The notes: generated by a model from the sequence alone, not told the origin. Counted from the first letter of the stretch, positions 37,214 to 50,409 are shown. The stretch is 64,000 nt of DNA from Isurus oxyrinchus (GCA_026770705.1 JANJGN010000026.1:37820001-37884000); one strand, 5' to 3'. A program made the numbers and translations.

Positions 37214-39708
37214 ATGCACGGGCCAGCGAAAGGCCTATTCTTTGCCATTTGCTATCCCATTCTCGCTGTTATTGGTGCCCCTGGTAAGTGATGGATCTCA
37301 AATAAGTTATTGATGATTGTTTGCAAATCCACAGAAAGTTTGTCTCGTCCCTTTCAGGGTCGGGATGATGTTTTTCTCTAATATTCAGTGCTGTCAGAGT
37401 GTTAAGAGCCTCAACCGGGTTCCGATGCCTTATATGGGATAATACTGTGTTATAGTGAATTATAGAGCATAACTTGTACTTGCATTGTGCAGCATTACAA
37501 GGTAATATTCAATTCATTTATAGGAATACCGTTTATTGGATTGCTGAAATATGAATTGCAATGTGTGGCTTTGCAAGAACATTAACCTGTTATATCGCTG
37601 AACACATATTTTAAGGTCGTCAAATACAATCTAGTGTTTTAAGTGTGTGGAATAATAGCATGTCACAGTGTAGTAACATATTTTCGTGCACGTATCTTAT
37701 GGCAGCATCAGAAAATGAATTACAGTGAAATCATTATAATTAAATGAATTGCAATATAAAAATAAGTTCAGTAATTATACTAATGTACTTTTCAACCTGT
37801 GAAAGACTATAATAGTTACTGTACAGTGAGTTCCCACTGGACAATCCCGATTGTTAATGTAGCCTTAGCAATTCATTGTGGAAACGTTTGAAAGATGTTC
37901 GTGGAGGTTTGAAATTGTTTATTATGTATTTTCTTGTTGCTAGTTAGTTTTGCACATTTTGAATAATGATATGTTTCAATCATCCGCGGGATGTGGGTGT
38001 AACCGGCAAGGTCAAAGTTTATTGCTCATCTTATTTCTCGCTTGAAAGGTGGAGTTGCGCTTGTTTCTTCAGTCACTGCAGTGCGTATGGTGGGGATGCT
38101 ACACAAGAGCCTGAACAAATACATTTAATAACAAACACCAGGAAGAGATATTTATCCCAAAGTTTGATCAAAAATTTTGGTTACAAGGAACGTCCTAAAG
38201 GAATGAGAGAGGTAGCCGTTGAGAGAGGGAATTAAAGAGATGAGGGCCGCAGCAGCTTCACGCATAACCGTTAATAATTAAACGGTTAACTTCAGGGATA
38301 CACGAGAGAGCAGAATAGAACGGACACTGAGATATCAGATAGTTGTAGCTGTACATGGATTGGGAGAGGTGAGGAAATGGAGGGATTCCAAAATTGAATG
38401 GGGAGATTATTAAAACTGAGACTTTGTCTGATAATCAAACTTTGTTAGCGAGCACAGGCTTAATGGATGGACGAGTATTGCTTTACTTAGGTGATGGGCA
38501 GCACATATTTCGGATGATCTTAATTTGGATAGCGATGCCCTGGGATTGACTCAGTGGCCAGAGAGCAGAATTTGTGGCGGGGACCGACTGAAATGCCATC
38601 TGCATTGACAAGTGTTTGGTGCAGCATTGGATACCGAGCACTGAGCAAAGGCTTTGGAACAGCTGGAGTCTGAGGAAGGCAGAGGGACGGACTGGGGGCA
38701 TTCAGTAACTGATTGCTTGAGGCAGTAGCTGGTGTTTGGAGTCTGCTCAGTAACATCTCTCTCTCCTGATCTCTCACAGCCAACTTGCTGGGGATCATAA
38801 TCTTATCCCGAGGACGGTGCGGACTTTCCCGGTGCATCAGCTACTACCTGGTGGCTATAGCAGTGAGCGATTTCCTGGTCATCATCACCGCCATCATCGT
38901 CAACCGGATCGGCCGCATCTACTTTCAGGACAGTGTCCTCTCTACCACTCCCGCATGCGCACTCAGCAACCTGCTGGTCTTTGTCACCCGGGATGGCTCA
39001 GTCTGGCTGACTGTCGCCTTCACAATCGACCGTTTCGTGGCCATCTGCTGTCAGAGCCTGAAGGTCAGATACTGCACTGAGAAAACTGCGTTGCAGGTTA
39101 TAGGACTTGTCAGTGCCATGAGCTGCGTGAGGAACATCCCTTACTATTTCACCTACCAGCCTTTGTATATCCAGGATGGGGTGCCCTGGTTCTGTGACCT
39201 CAAGTCCAGCTATTACACTTTGCCATTCTGGCAGGTCTATGACTGGCTGGAACACATCTTAACCCCATTTCTCCCGTTCCTCCTCATTCTGCTGCTCAAC
39301 GCCCTGACCGTAAGGCACATCTTAGTGGCCAGCAGAGCCCGCAGGAGGCTCCGGGGTGCCGAGAGTCATGGAGACGCAGAGATCACCAACCGCAAGAGGT
39401 CCATTGTCCTGCTTTTCGCCATCTCGCTCAGCTTCCTCCTCCTGTGGGCCATCTATCTCGGACATTTCCTCTATGTGCGGATCACAGGCGAGGGCTACAT
39501 CATCAGCCTGGATTTCAATGACCCGCAGTACATCCTCCAGGAGACAACCAACATGCTCCAGTTAGTCAGTTCCTGCAACAACATATTCATCTACGCAGTG
39601 GCCCAGAGCAAGTTCCGGGAAGAGCTGAAGAAGGTGCTGATGTGTCCCATTACCACGGTCACTGGTTGTTTCAAACAGTTAAAACACCGTAAAACATCCT
39701 CGCACTAA
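37214..39708 (+). CDS. GPR139/GPR142-like class A GPCR; exon 1 37214-37283, exon 2 38780-39708 (332 aa)
   Basis: Exon 1 MHGPAKGLFFAICYPILAVIGAP with G|GTAAGT joins in phase to ctctcacag|CC. ANLLGIIILSRGRCGLSRCISYYLVAIAVSD...SVWLTVAFTIDRFVAIC...LLLNALTVRHIL...SSCNNIFIYAVAQSKFREEL; seven hydrophobic segments, no stops. Confidence 0.92.
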
Positions 39709-39829
39709 TTCACTTCCAACACTGTCGTTCAGTATGTAGCAACACTCTCTCTCGCTCTCTCTCTCTCTCTGTCACTCACTCTTTCTACCTCACTTTATCC
39801 AGGACCAGAAAGTCCTGAGCTGTAGCTCC

Positions 39830-40095
39830 CTTACTTGAGAGATGTCAGGTCCATATTTCAGTGCCAGCAGTGCCCCTATGGCCCTGAATGAATATTGACC
39901 TATCGCACTTGCTGCTTTCCTGTTTGAGATACTAAATCACAGTGAGTATCTGCCCTCATTTAACATCACTGAAACCAGCGACCTGATTATTGTTTCCCAT
40001 TAATTGCTCTGTGCCCATTTGCTGAAGTGTTTCCTACATTGTGATGGGAAAATGCTTAATTGGCAGTAAAGCACTTTGAGAAATCCTGAGTTCAT
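39830..40095 (+). mobile_element. Degenerate SacSINE1-like SINE 3' part followed by a (CTTT)-rich tract
   Basis: taacatcactgaaacc...gtttcctacatt...gtaaagcactttgagaaatcctgag. Confidence 0.5.
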
Positions 40096-40629
40096 TTCTT
40101 TCTTTTTTCTTTCTTTATTTCTTTCTTTCTTTCTTTTTTCTTTCTTTTTTCTTTCTGTCTTTCCTCCTTTCCTCCCCCCTTTCTTCCAATCATTCTCCTG
40201 CTTCGCTGACACTCATTCTCCACGAGCGTAAAACAAAGTATTTGATTGAATGGGGAGTTATGTTTTAAGCAGTGAATTGTGAACTGAATTGTGCTGCCTG
40301 AAAGGGAGCTGAATGCACGTTGAATAGTAAATTTGAAAAGTTAATTTAATAAATACTAAGGGGACATTTTGTTAAAAGCAAATAACTGTAACTGACGGGT
40401 TTCTCTTTCAGAGCTCCGCCATACAGGCTGTGACCAGGTCTGTTCCTTTGCCTTATAGTTATAGACAGTGGTATTCGCGACCCCAGGCCACCCGAACGGT
40501 CTTTCTCGGTGAATAAAGTGTTTTCTGAGAAACGCTGAAACAAATTTGCGCTGTGGCAGATCCCTAATCTCATTCTCATCATTGAAGAGCATTCATCTGC
40601 TCATCGTTGTTTGGGATGAGGGGTTTATT

Positions 40630-41070
40630 TTATGAAGAAATCTTAAATAGTTTGGATCAATAGCCAGTAGATTTTCGAAGAATAAGAGGTGAAATTACTG
40701 AAGCGTATTGGAGATGAGGGGGGCTTGACAGGGTGGATGCCTGGGGAATTATTCCACTTGTCTCTCCTGGGGCACACAGTTTCGGAATAAGAGGCCTACC
40801 TTTAAGACAGATTAAATTTTTCTTCTCTCAGGGGGTCATTCACTTGTGTGGAATTCACTTTCCCAGAAAGCAGTGGAAGCTGGGCAATGAATTTATTCAA
40901 GGGTTAAGTTGTGCTAATACCATGAGCTAGACAGATTTTTGATAAGCAAGGGAATCAAGAGGCAGACGAGAAAGTAGAGTTGAGACCACAAGCAGATCAG
41001 CCTTGAACATATCGAATGGTGGATCAGGCTGTAGGGGCTGAATTGTCTACTCTTGCTTCTAAGTCTCATG
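40630..41070 (+). mobile_element. CR1 3' fragment
   Basis: gaagaataagaggtgaaatt...gggcttgacagggtggatgc...cagatcagcc landmarks. Confidence 0.75.
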
Positions 41071-41124
41071 GTCGTATGCTTGGCGAGACAGTGCGGATGG
41101 GTGTGGGAGGACTGAAACACAGAA

Positions 41125-41520
41125 TGACAATGATATGTTCTGGTGTAATATAAACAGCTTTACAGGATGGTCTAGTGTGACAGAAACGAAACAATTGTCT
41201 AGTGTAACATGAACACCGAGCCAAAATGTGTCTTCCCATAATCACAGAACAGGATCTAATCTCATGAAAAGTAATGTGATTTAATGTAATAGGGACAAGA
41301 TCCAATCAATTGATAGCAGAGACAGGAACTTATCTGATATAAACATGGACATTTTCTACTTCATAGAAAGCCGAGAAAGGGACTTGCATTATATAAACAG
41401 GGACACGCTCAATTACAACAATGATTAACAACCGATCTTGTGTGACTCAAACAAAGTCATTGCCTTGCACAGTATGAAATAAGACAGGGTCTGTTGTGAT
41501 ATTACCAATGACATGCATTT
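41125..41520 (-). repeat. Degenerate 27-bp satellite
   Basis: tctggtgtaatataaacag-type units. Confidence 0.55.
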
Positions 41521-42707
41521 CCAAATATTCAGAGTGATGTGTTTTGTGCTTTGTACACACATGTACTCGACAAAAGAAATATGCAATCGTGCATAATGGT
41601 ACACATGCATATATGGATTACTTTCACACACACACGCACACACACAGAATTGGTAAGGCACAACACCAGCATGAATTAGTAAACTTTCACACAACACAAT
41701 TTGCCCCAAAGAAATGCAACATACAGTGCTGACAATTAGTCCGGTCCTTCAATCCCGCCCCCCTCTTGGAAGTTGTTACAAGATCCACCCAACTTTTCAA
41801 CCAAGTATCACGTCCTCAGGATCTCAGAAGGCGTTAAGTCTGAACTTGTTTCCAAGCATAGTCGATAAGTAGTGCAGGAAATATTAATTAGACATCGGCG
41901 TGCGGGAATGTGCAATTATTCAGCAGAAAGATTTATCAATCTGAGTTTAATAGAATGGCGAGATTCAGGAAGTTTCTGCAAAATTTCAATTTGTGTCTAA
42001 CAAAAATAATGTCATTAAGTCACAAGATTATCAAAATATCTCAGCATCTGTTTATGAATCTTGAGGAACTAATTTGGATGAAGAAATTACTCGTCCTTTT
42101 CTCCGAGCCACCCGGTGCCATTGGACCATGAAATACAATGATTCCCAGCGCTCACTTTCTAACTCCCCTTTGATATAGCACCTGCAATTTATGCACAAGC
42201 TCTTGCCCTCAATGTACCATTGTATGGAATGAAGTATCACGGAAGAAAGATATTTCCTGTAATCTCCATCTGTGAGAGTTGACACCGGTAAACTGACGCT
42301 ACTGCAAGTCTTGGTCAAAGCTGAAGCTGAGCGCTATACATGCGCAAAATGACGACTTAATTTCTAGCCGAATTTGGTGCATAATTTTGCTGAATTGTTA
42401 TTACGTCAGATTAGTATGAATGTTATTACTTTAATTTTATTTTTACTATAGCTGACCACTTTAGTGTTTTCTACTTGCTACAATTGCTCTGTTGCATCAA
42501 CTGTAAGATTATTCCTCTCAGTTCTCGAGTGTGCCGAATTCATTAATACATGCTCATTTACATTGACATTAATAATTCCACCATTCATGAGGTTGGATTG
42601 AAATTTCGTATAAATGCTGTCTTCCCACCTCACTAATCATCAAATGCAGCACAAATCAAAACTGGATAGGTCCATGAATCAAGTGTGATGATTATTCAGC
42701 TATATCT

Positions 42708-43115
42708 CTGTGTGTGAATGTGAATGTGTGTGAATGTGTGTGTGTGTGTGAATGTGTGTGTGGATGTGTGTGTGAATGTATGTGTGTGTGAATGTGTGTG
42801 TGAGTTGCGAATGTGTGTGTGTGTGAATGTGGTTGAGCGTGAATGTGAGTCTGTGAATATGTGTGAGTGTGAATATNNNNNNNNNNNNNNNNNNNNNNNN
42901 NNNNNNNNNNNNNNNNNNNNNNNNNNNNNNNNNNNNNNNNNNNNNNNNNNNNNNNNNNNNNNNNNNNNNNNNNNNNNNNNNNNNNNNNNNNNNNNNNNNN
43001 NNNNNNTGTGAATATGTGTGTGAGTGTGAATGTGTGTGTGTGTGTTTGTGTGAATATGTGTGTGAATGTGTGTGTGTGTGTGGGTGTGGGTGTGGAGTGT
43101 GAGTGTGAGTGTGTG
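42708..43115. repeat. (TG)n/(TGTGAA)n simple repeat spanning an assembly gap (N 42877-43006)
   Basis: Direct observation. Confidence 0.95.
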
Positions 43116-43594
43116 TCATCAACCATATCAATCAGGGATGTCATTGGTTACTAACCGAGAAATGCTCCTTCTACACACCCTATCAAACACTGTCAGGACA
43201 GGTGCATCGCAGTTGTGATGGAAAACATATCTCCTTCACTGTCACTCCTATCCAAAGTCAATACTCCACGGGTTAAATCCCAGACAGATAGAACAGGGAT
43301 GAACTGTAGGGTGAAACTCCCTCTACACTGTGCCAGCAAAGACTCCTCATGCAGCTGCAACACGAATGAATGCAGAGAGATTCTGCTTCGATGAGCGCCG
43401 ACTATGCAATAAGTTGTGAAAGGAATCAACTTTTAACTTCTAAATAAACGGAAATAATATTCTCAGATTACACAGTTGGTGTAATTTGCACATCTAAATC
43501 ACATTTCTGAAGATTTTTACTTGTGTGCTTTTCACTTCTGAAGCCCGTGGTTTGTTGCCTCCTCAGTCTCTGTGCCCAGTAAGTTCTCATATAT

Positions 43595-43837
43595 TTGAAA
43601 ACAAAGAAAACTGCGGACGCTGGAAATCCAAAACAAAAACAGAATTACCTGGAAAAACTCAGCAGGTCTGGCAGCATCGGCGGAGAAGAAAAGGGTTGAC
43701 GTTTCGAGTCCTCATGACCCTTCGACAGAACTCAAGTTCTGTCGAAGGGTCATGAGGACTCGAAACGTCAACCCTTTTCTTCTCCGCCGATGCTGCCAGA
43801 CCTGCTGAGTTTTTCCAGGTAATTCTGTTTTTGTTTT
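43595..43837. mobile_element. Young Penelope-type palindromic insertion with a 14-bp TSD and hammerhead-like core
   Basis: Perfect 103-bp inverted arms 43630-43732 and 43735-43837. TSD AAGTTCTCATATAT at 43581-43594 and 43838-43851. Core CTGTCGA-stem-GAAACGTC. Confidence 0.85.
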
Positions 43838-43838
43838 A

Positions 43839-44106
43839 AGTTCTCATATATGCTCCTGATCTCTTCGTTTCACGGTACCTCAATGCAGTGTAACGCAAAC
43901 CAGAGTCTGACAGATGGCAGTATTAACAGTGAGAGCAGTGGAGCGTTTCTCGCGGTCCACTTCCCTCAACTCATTCATCTCTGTATGTGAAAACAAGATA
44001 CTCGGAAGCTTCTTTGGAGAGCTGCCAATACCACGATATGAGTTCTGGTCCGAAAGTTCTCCGATACATCGATAGCTGAAATGCCTCTGAGTGACCAGAG
44101 CAGCTG
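43839..44106 (-). pseudogene. Inverted TCR V pseudogene with a dead 23-RSS
   Basis: Acceptor ttgttttag. AALVTQ.., SWYWQLSKEASEYLVFTY, VDREKRSTALTVNTA, HLSDSGLRYTALR, with frameshifts and deletions. RSS: TACCGTG-23-ATGAGAACT. Possible leader at 44407-44451. Confidence 0.7.
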
Positions 44107-45989
44107 CTAAAACAAGAATAACATTAACATAATGACACATGCAAGCAGGATTAAATAAAGTGCTTGCAAATATCAGCAATAAAAACGGACCTATCTATCT
44201 ATCTATCTATCTATCTATCCATCCTCCTGCCTGTCTGCCCGTCTGTCTGTCAGTCTTCTTGTTTATCTATTTTCTGTCGCATCTCTATCCATCTCGGTAC
44301 CTTAGAGCCAGAGTTAGTTTTCTGTCTATCTCTTTATGTTGTATGTTGAACAACCAAACATACAGAACTTTACAGACTATGATTCTATACTCTGTATCTG
44401 TAATACCAGCAACAGGATGTTAAAAATTTCTCCAGATGAAAGTTTAAACATGGGAAAGTAACATTTCTGAATATCACTAACATTTCTAAAGGCCCTGGGT
44501 TGGGGAAAGATTAACAGAGCAGCGGACACACGACAGTGAGCAACATATTGTACATCCGAATCCGTCTTTGTCTCAATGTGCCCTTATGGCACAGTGGTAA
44601 ACTCTTACGCCTTGGGCCGCAGTGTTACCTATAGACTATTGGAATTCTTCACTGTGTCAAAGGGCAGTGTGTAGCGTCCTTTTCTCACATTCCCCAGGTA
44701 AATGGGAGCGATAAATTTTGGAGCCCCTGTCAGTATTTGTCCAAGGCTAAGGAATAACCAAAATCAACCGAGCGCCGACAGTCCACTTCAACCCGTTCTC
44801 CTTCTTTGTGGGGGTTTCTGCTCATGACGATGAAGATGGACAAAAGGCGGATCATTCAGGGTCTGGCTTCCAGGCTGGGGGTTGCTGCTAACTCCAGGAC
44901 TCTCAATGGTGGGGAGCGGGAAGAGAGGGGGGAGATTTGCATTCTCCTCATACAGTGGGAAACTGATGAGCGACACTATCACCGATTGGCCTGTTCTGGG
45001 ATGTCGTTATCTGATGTAACTCACTATGCTGACTAATTGATGGTTTCTCAAACTGGAGACCACTTGATCCGTCACAGCTCTTGAATTTCTTTGCTTCCGG
45101 TGTGTCAACATGTTAAATTGTCTCATAAGGTTTGTTCTCCTTTGTCTTTCTAACAGAAAAGAGCCATTCGTCATCTTAGACTCATAGAGTTTTAGAGCAC
45201 AAAGAGGAGCAGTTAGGCCCACCAGCTATGTACTGATTCTCTGAAAGAGTTATCCATTTATTCTTAATTACCTATCTGGGGTCTGCATATTTTGCCTTTT
45301 TAAATTTCCTTTTAATGGACAACTAGTTATCCACTTGCCTTTCAAAATTACTTATAGATTCTGCCTCCATCACTGTTCCCCATGGACAACCATATCCTCT
45401 AATTGTCCACTGCTCAAAATACAAAAAGGATTGACGCCACCCCCCCTCCCCCACATTATAATAGACATAACCTGAAACGACGCCATCCAGTTACCAATTG
45501 AGCGACCAGCCGGATTCACTCTGTTCCGTTTCAACCTTTTAAATCATCCCTTGATTGGGCATAAGTCTGTCAGACCACTCCTTAATATTCGCGCCCCTGA
45601 TGAAAAATTGCTCAATTATTTGGATTATCTTCTCTCATCCCCCGCTGTACATTCCTCAGCCTGTCCTACTTGGAGGTTAACACCAAACCAAGGAAGAATC
45701 TTAAAACTGGTACAAATGGTTGAATTGTGTTAACAATGATGTGTGCAGCTTTATCCTTGTCCCTTAGTGTTATACAATCCGCATGTCTGTTTATAACTTC
45801 AGATTATTTCGTTATTTAAGGCAATTGGCAGCTTGTTCCCCACTTTCACCACCTGAATCCTGAGTTCTTTCTCCCCATTTCTGGTTTAAATTAATATTTA
45901 CTTTTTTGGCCCTTCCGCATAATTTACCTTTTTTATGAGACAAACAGACACGGAAATTTGTAATGGTACTTGGACCATTAGCTCATTTT

Positions 45990-46280
45990 ATTATTATTTG
46001 GATGTGGGCGTGGCTGGCTGGGCCAGCATTTATTGTTCAAGGGCCATTTAAGACTCAACCACATTGCTGTATGTCAGGAGTCTCATGAAGGATTTCATTC
46101 CCTAAAGGAACCAAATAGGTTTTTACAACAATCGGCAGTAGCTTCATGCTTTTACTTGCAGATTTTTATTGAATTCAAATTCCACCATCTGTCATGGCAG
46201 GATTCGAACGCGGGTTCCCAGAGCGTAACTCTGGGTTTCTGGATTACTCGTCCAGCAACAATGACACTATCCCTCCCCAT
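45990..46280 (-). mobile_element. tRNA-headed SINE with L2-like tail
   Basis: Same family as 63140-63510; another partial copy at about 48880-49050. Confidence 0.7.
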
Positions 46281-46449
46281 CAAGTCACATGTGGGTAGAA
46301 TATGCAGTAGAGAAGTGAAGAACGCCAATGGAATGCTTAGCATTAAGCTAACAATGGTACAAATCAGCGGAAGTCCTGAATGAAATGTAGAAAGCGGTAA
46401 ACTCTTTTGAGTCAACAAAATAAACTAAATTAACAAAATTGTGGACATT

Positions 46450-48572
46450 TTTTTTAAAAGTAGCCTCTTAAAGACCAAATTTAAACCAAAATGTGGTTAA
46501 GAGGTTCAATAAAACACCCCAGTCGCTGCAGTGCCCACCGAGCACGGAAGGCCTCGACAATGCTGGCAGAATCCCTCTCCAGGGGCACCCAGTGCAAACA
46601 TAGCCATGAAAAACAGGTAAACATTCGGGTCGGAGGACCTGCTCGATTGCCCGCTGCCTGGGCCTGTTAATGATCAACTTGGCCAGGCCCAGAGGCAGGT
46701 TCATGAGGTGGTCCTCCTCCCTCCTGTCCCCACTCCAGCCGGGTGCCCATAGATCAGGAGCGTGGGACAGAAGTGCAAACAAAATAAATGCAAAAAGATT
46801 TCAAGTAACTAAAAAGGTTATGCAACCCACAACAGCTCACGTACGCAGGGGGTCGACGGACTCCACAAGGCTGCAAAAAGCACAGGCACCTTAGGAGTCC
46901 ATGAACTGACTCATCCTCTGGTTGTATGGGACTCCCGAATACAACACCCGCTATCCCAGGACCCCGATGGAACATGGGAGGGCACCCCCGTAGAGGGCCT
47001 CCCACTGGGGACCTGTACCATCGATGGTGGACGAGCGCAAGGAACCAAAGAGTGTGCAGCAGCAGCTGATGCAGGATGCCCCTCCATGCCATGCTAAAGG
47101 ACATGGGGATCATTTCCGCGAGGTGACTCAGGTTGTGGGCGTGGGCTCCCGAGGGAGATTTCCAGGCTTGGGGACAATGTGGAATTCCGTTCTAACTGGG
47201 GTACAGTCAGGTGGAAGGCAACTGTGCAACTGCACTACCTCTAGACCCAGAACAACGTCAGGCCTTGATTGGCATTGGCTGTGAGCCAGACGTCCATCGA
47301 CACACGATGCACCAAATCCTGTGGCAGCATCCAGCCCATGCCTCCACCACCCAGCACGCCCCCGATCCTGGTCACCCCGGCATCCACTGCCGTCCTCTCT
47401 ACCAGGCACTGAAAAAGGCGGAAGTGTGGATTTCTGAACACCGGCTCTCTGACGATAGCTGCAACTACCTCCTGACTGCAGAGAGCTGCGTAGCATGGAG
47501 ACCATGTTCTAGACGTTGATCAAGTCCTGATAAAAGATGGCAACGCCTGCTAGAAGCCACGAAGGCCCCGCAGGCCTATAAACAGGGGCTGCCCGTCATA
47601 ACTTAGGCCATGCACCTGGCAAAAGAAATATGTCAACAGGGAATGCCATCTTGGAAGGGGCTTGATGTAAAGGTCCAGATGGCAGAAAGTCACCACCTGA
47701 GTGCAGAGGCACACCAGCGCCTGACCACCCTCCCTAAGTGCGAGGCTCAGAAGCTCCACAGTGAACCAGTGCAGCCTTTCATCCAGAAGAAGTTGACGAG
47801 CGTCCTCTGGACTTCTGAGACAAAATTTGGGGGAGGGGGCAAATTGACCAGCTGGTGCCACAACATGGCGGCAATCAGCTGGTTTATGACCAGCACTCGA
47901 CCCCGGTAAGACAGCACTCAGAGCTGCCCTGTACAGCACCACAGGCGAGTGGTGACTTTGGCCTCCAGTTCCTGCCAGTTAGGCAGCCAGGATTCCTCGG
48001 GAGGGCAAAGGTGGACCTCCAGGTAGAGGAGGCTGTTCCCGCTCCAGGTGAAGGGCCTGAGCTCCTCGGGTAGGGGTTCCAACTGCCGACCTGGGGCCCA
48101 GGACTCTTGCCAAGCTGATCCTGGCAGAGGACACGACAGAGCAGACCACCTGGCACTTGCACATCCTCTGCATGTCAGCCGGATCAGTGAACATGAGCAG
48201 CACGTCATTAGTATAAGCCGATAGGACCACCCCAATGGCCAGCCCACGCAGAACCAATCATGACAATCTCCTCCACAAGAGGTGCAGTAAAGGCTGCACA
48301 CATAGAATACAATTCGCCAGACAGGGGGCGGTCCTGGCGCACTCCTATTTCTGAACGAAGGGACGCTGTCAGGGACCTGTTAACCTTAACTAGATATTCT
48401 GCGGCAGCATGCATAAGTCGGATCCGAGCAACGAAATGCGTCCCGCACACGAATGCTCGCAGAGTCCCGATTAAATAACCGTGATCCACGCTGTCGAACA
48501 TCTCCTGGTCAAGAGGCAGGAAGGCGCGCGACAGACCAGTCCTCTGGGAAAACTGGATGATGCCTCCAGACC
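46450..48572 (-). mobile_element. Tx1/L1-clade LINE ORF2 fragment (RT to C-terminus)
   Basis: LDQEMFDSVDHGYL...VKVNRSLT...GVRQDRPLSGELYS; VVLSAYTNDVLLMF; NLPLGLAKLIIN. Confidence 0.85.
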
Positions 48573-49669
48573 AGTAAACTGGTCCAAGTGTTTTAACTGT
48601 GTTTTGAACAATGGCATGTGCAGCTTTATCCTTGTCTTTAGGCACTCCACAATCCACGTGTCTGTTTATAACCTCGGATTATTTTATTATTTAAGGCAAT
48701 CAGCAGCTTGTTCCTCACTCTCAGCATCTGAAGCCTGAATTCTTTCTCACTCTATCTCGTTTGAATTAATATTTACTTCTTTGTTCCTTCCACACTCCGT
48801 CTGCCTTACTTTGTTATGTATGAGGCAAACAGACAGGGAACGTCTTGGTGGCACTTTAGACCATTAACTCGTTTTTCAAATTCATTCATGGGATGTGGGC
48901 GTCGCTGGCTAGGCTAGCATTTATTGCCCATGTCTAATTGCCCTTTTTCAAAGGACGTTTAAGAATTCAATCACATTGCTGTGGGTCTGTAGTCACATGT
49001 AGGCCAGGTCAGGGAAGGACGGCAGATTTCCTCCCCTAAAAGACATTCCTCCTTCTGACGATTACCAATTGTCTTTTCTGTCCTTTGTCTGTAGGAATAA
49101 ACCCAACGGGCTAGGCGCGCCGTCTACTGGTGCATTCTGGTAAATTTGGTTTGTCGAATCTGTCAGACTGGGTTTCACTTCCTGAAATGTTCTGTTTTTC
49201 AATTTATTTTACTTGTGGGGTGGCTATTGCTGCGTGGAGCAATGAGCTGAACACGGTTACAAACATTGTAGATATTGCATTTTTGTTTATTTGATTTTAA
49301 GTGAGAGTAAATGATAAAAAGTGATGTTTAACTGACAACCAAAAAACATACATTCTCGGAATTTGCGCCTCATTGGTAATTATGGTCCTTATTGTCCATC
49401 TGTAAGTGAATCTTGCAACGCCTGTTCTTCCCGCCTTGACGCTTTAATAATGTCGCCCGCCATGTTTGGTGCGTCGAACTGAAATCATGCCATATGTGGG
49501 CAGACAATTCAGTCGAGGAGTGAGCAACACCTATGGGATCCTTCTCATTGAGCCAACAAGGGCACAAGTCAGAGGAAGTCCTGAATGACTCGTAGCGAGG
49601 TGTAGTCAGACCATACTCTATTATCACTGCTTTTAGTTCTCGCCGCCAAGTAAGAATGAGGTCATTGAA

Positions 49670-50200
49670 GCTTGGCGGTAGTGCAGCGGTAATACAAGAG
49701 GCTGATTCTTCAGTTTGAAGTGTTTGAGTTGAGAGGGAAAACGAAAACTGTGCTTTCCGACTGTTACCAACTGATTGTTGGTCGCACAGAAAGTGAACGC
49801 CGTTGAGCAGGTCTTCGGTCTAAATTAGAATCAAAACCAGGGAATGTCCTGAGCAATAATTAGGGGGAGTTGTAGGGGCGTTGGGATGGCTGGAAGGACA
49901 AATTGAGATGGGACAAACGGCTTCGTCATCCATCAGTACCTCATGACATTGAAAGTGGTTTGCGGCAATGAAAACACGAAAATCGTGAATGAGCCTCTCG
50001 TGACGATGTGAGGTAAACTGCGGTTCCACGGTTTCTGCAACTTGACTAATATGAAACAAAAGGACAACTCTTGTGTGATGATTTACTGTGGTTTTGTGTC
50101 TGCGTACCCTTGTGTGCAAATGTGTGTTTATCTGTCTGCATCTGTTCGGATTTCCAGTGTTGTAGGTGAGGCTCGTGCTGACCAGCAGAAGGCGCTCCAT
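49670..50200 (-). pseudogene. Inverted, decayed V pseudogene
   Basis: 46-nt leader MERLLLVSTSLTYNT (50155-50200, donor mutated to GA); acceptor near 50045. AETVEPQ..IVTRGSFTIF..; FSLSTQTLQTEESA / LYYR (Cys changed to Arg). No intact RSS. Confidence 0.55.
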
Positions 50201-50249
50201 GATTTCTGGAACTTGTAATCACAAAGTGAAGATGCGAGGGAGCTTTAGC

Positions 50250-50350
50250 ATTGATTGGGCGTGGAGACGCTAATGCGCTTGCGTCAGAGCATTTGCCTTG
50301 CGACGTCAGCATGTTATCTGTGACATCACTAAGACTTCTGTGGGACGTCA
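50250..50350 (-). promoter_or_regulatory. CRE/ATF-like motif cluster plus CCAAT and GC box upstream of the V leader
   Basis: TGCGTCA (50280), CGACGTCA (50301), TGACATCA (50321), GGACGTCA (50343) and ATTGGGCGTGG (about 50254). CRE motifs are known from TCR V promoters. Confidence 0.5.
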
Positions 50351-50409
50351 GTCAACCTGGTTTGAAAGTTATTTGTGCTTCCTCCGAGAAGACAGGCCTA
50401 CAGTAATTG

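Noticed and set aside
40420-40610. Acceptor plus AVTRS...QWYSRP, V-like
   Set aside because: No cysteines at V positions and no RSS.
42052-42318. Minus-strand ORF with EGKSLCINC...QWHRV
   Set aside because: Cys-Trp spacing is atypical, with no downstream framework 3 or RSS.
42692-43144. His/Thr- and Cys/Val-rich ORFs (also at 3971-4429 and 51949-52249)
   Set aside because: Translations of TG/CA microsatellites and N gaps.
44588-44656. Isolated CACAGTG and CACTGTG heptamers
   Set aside because: No nonamer at 12 or 23 bp.
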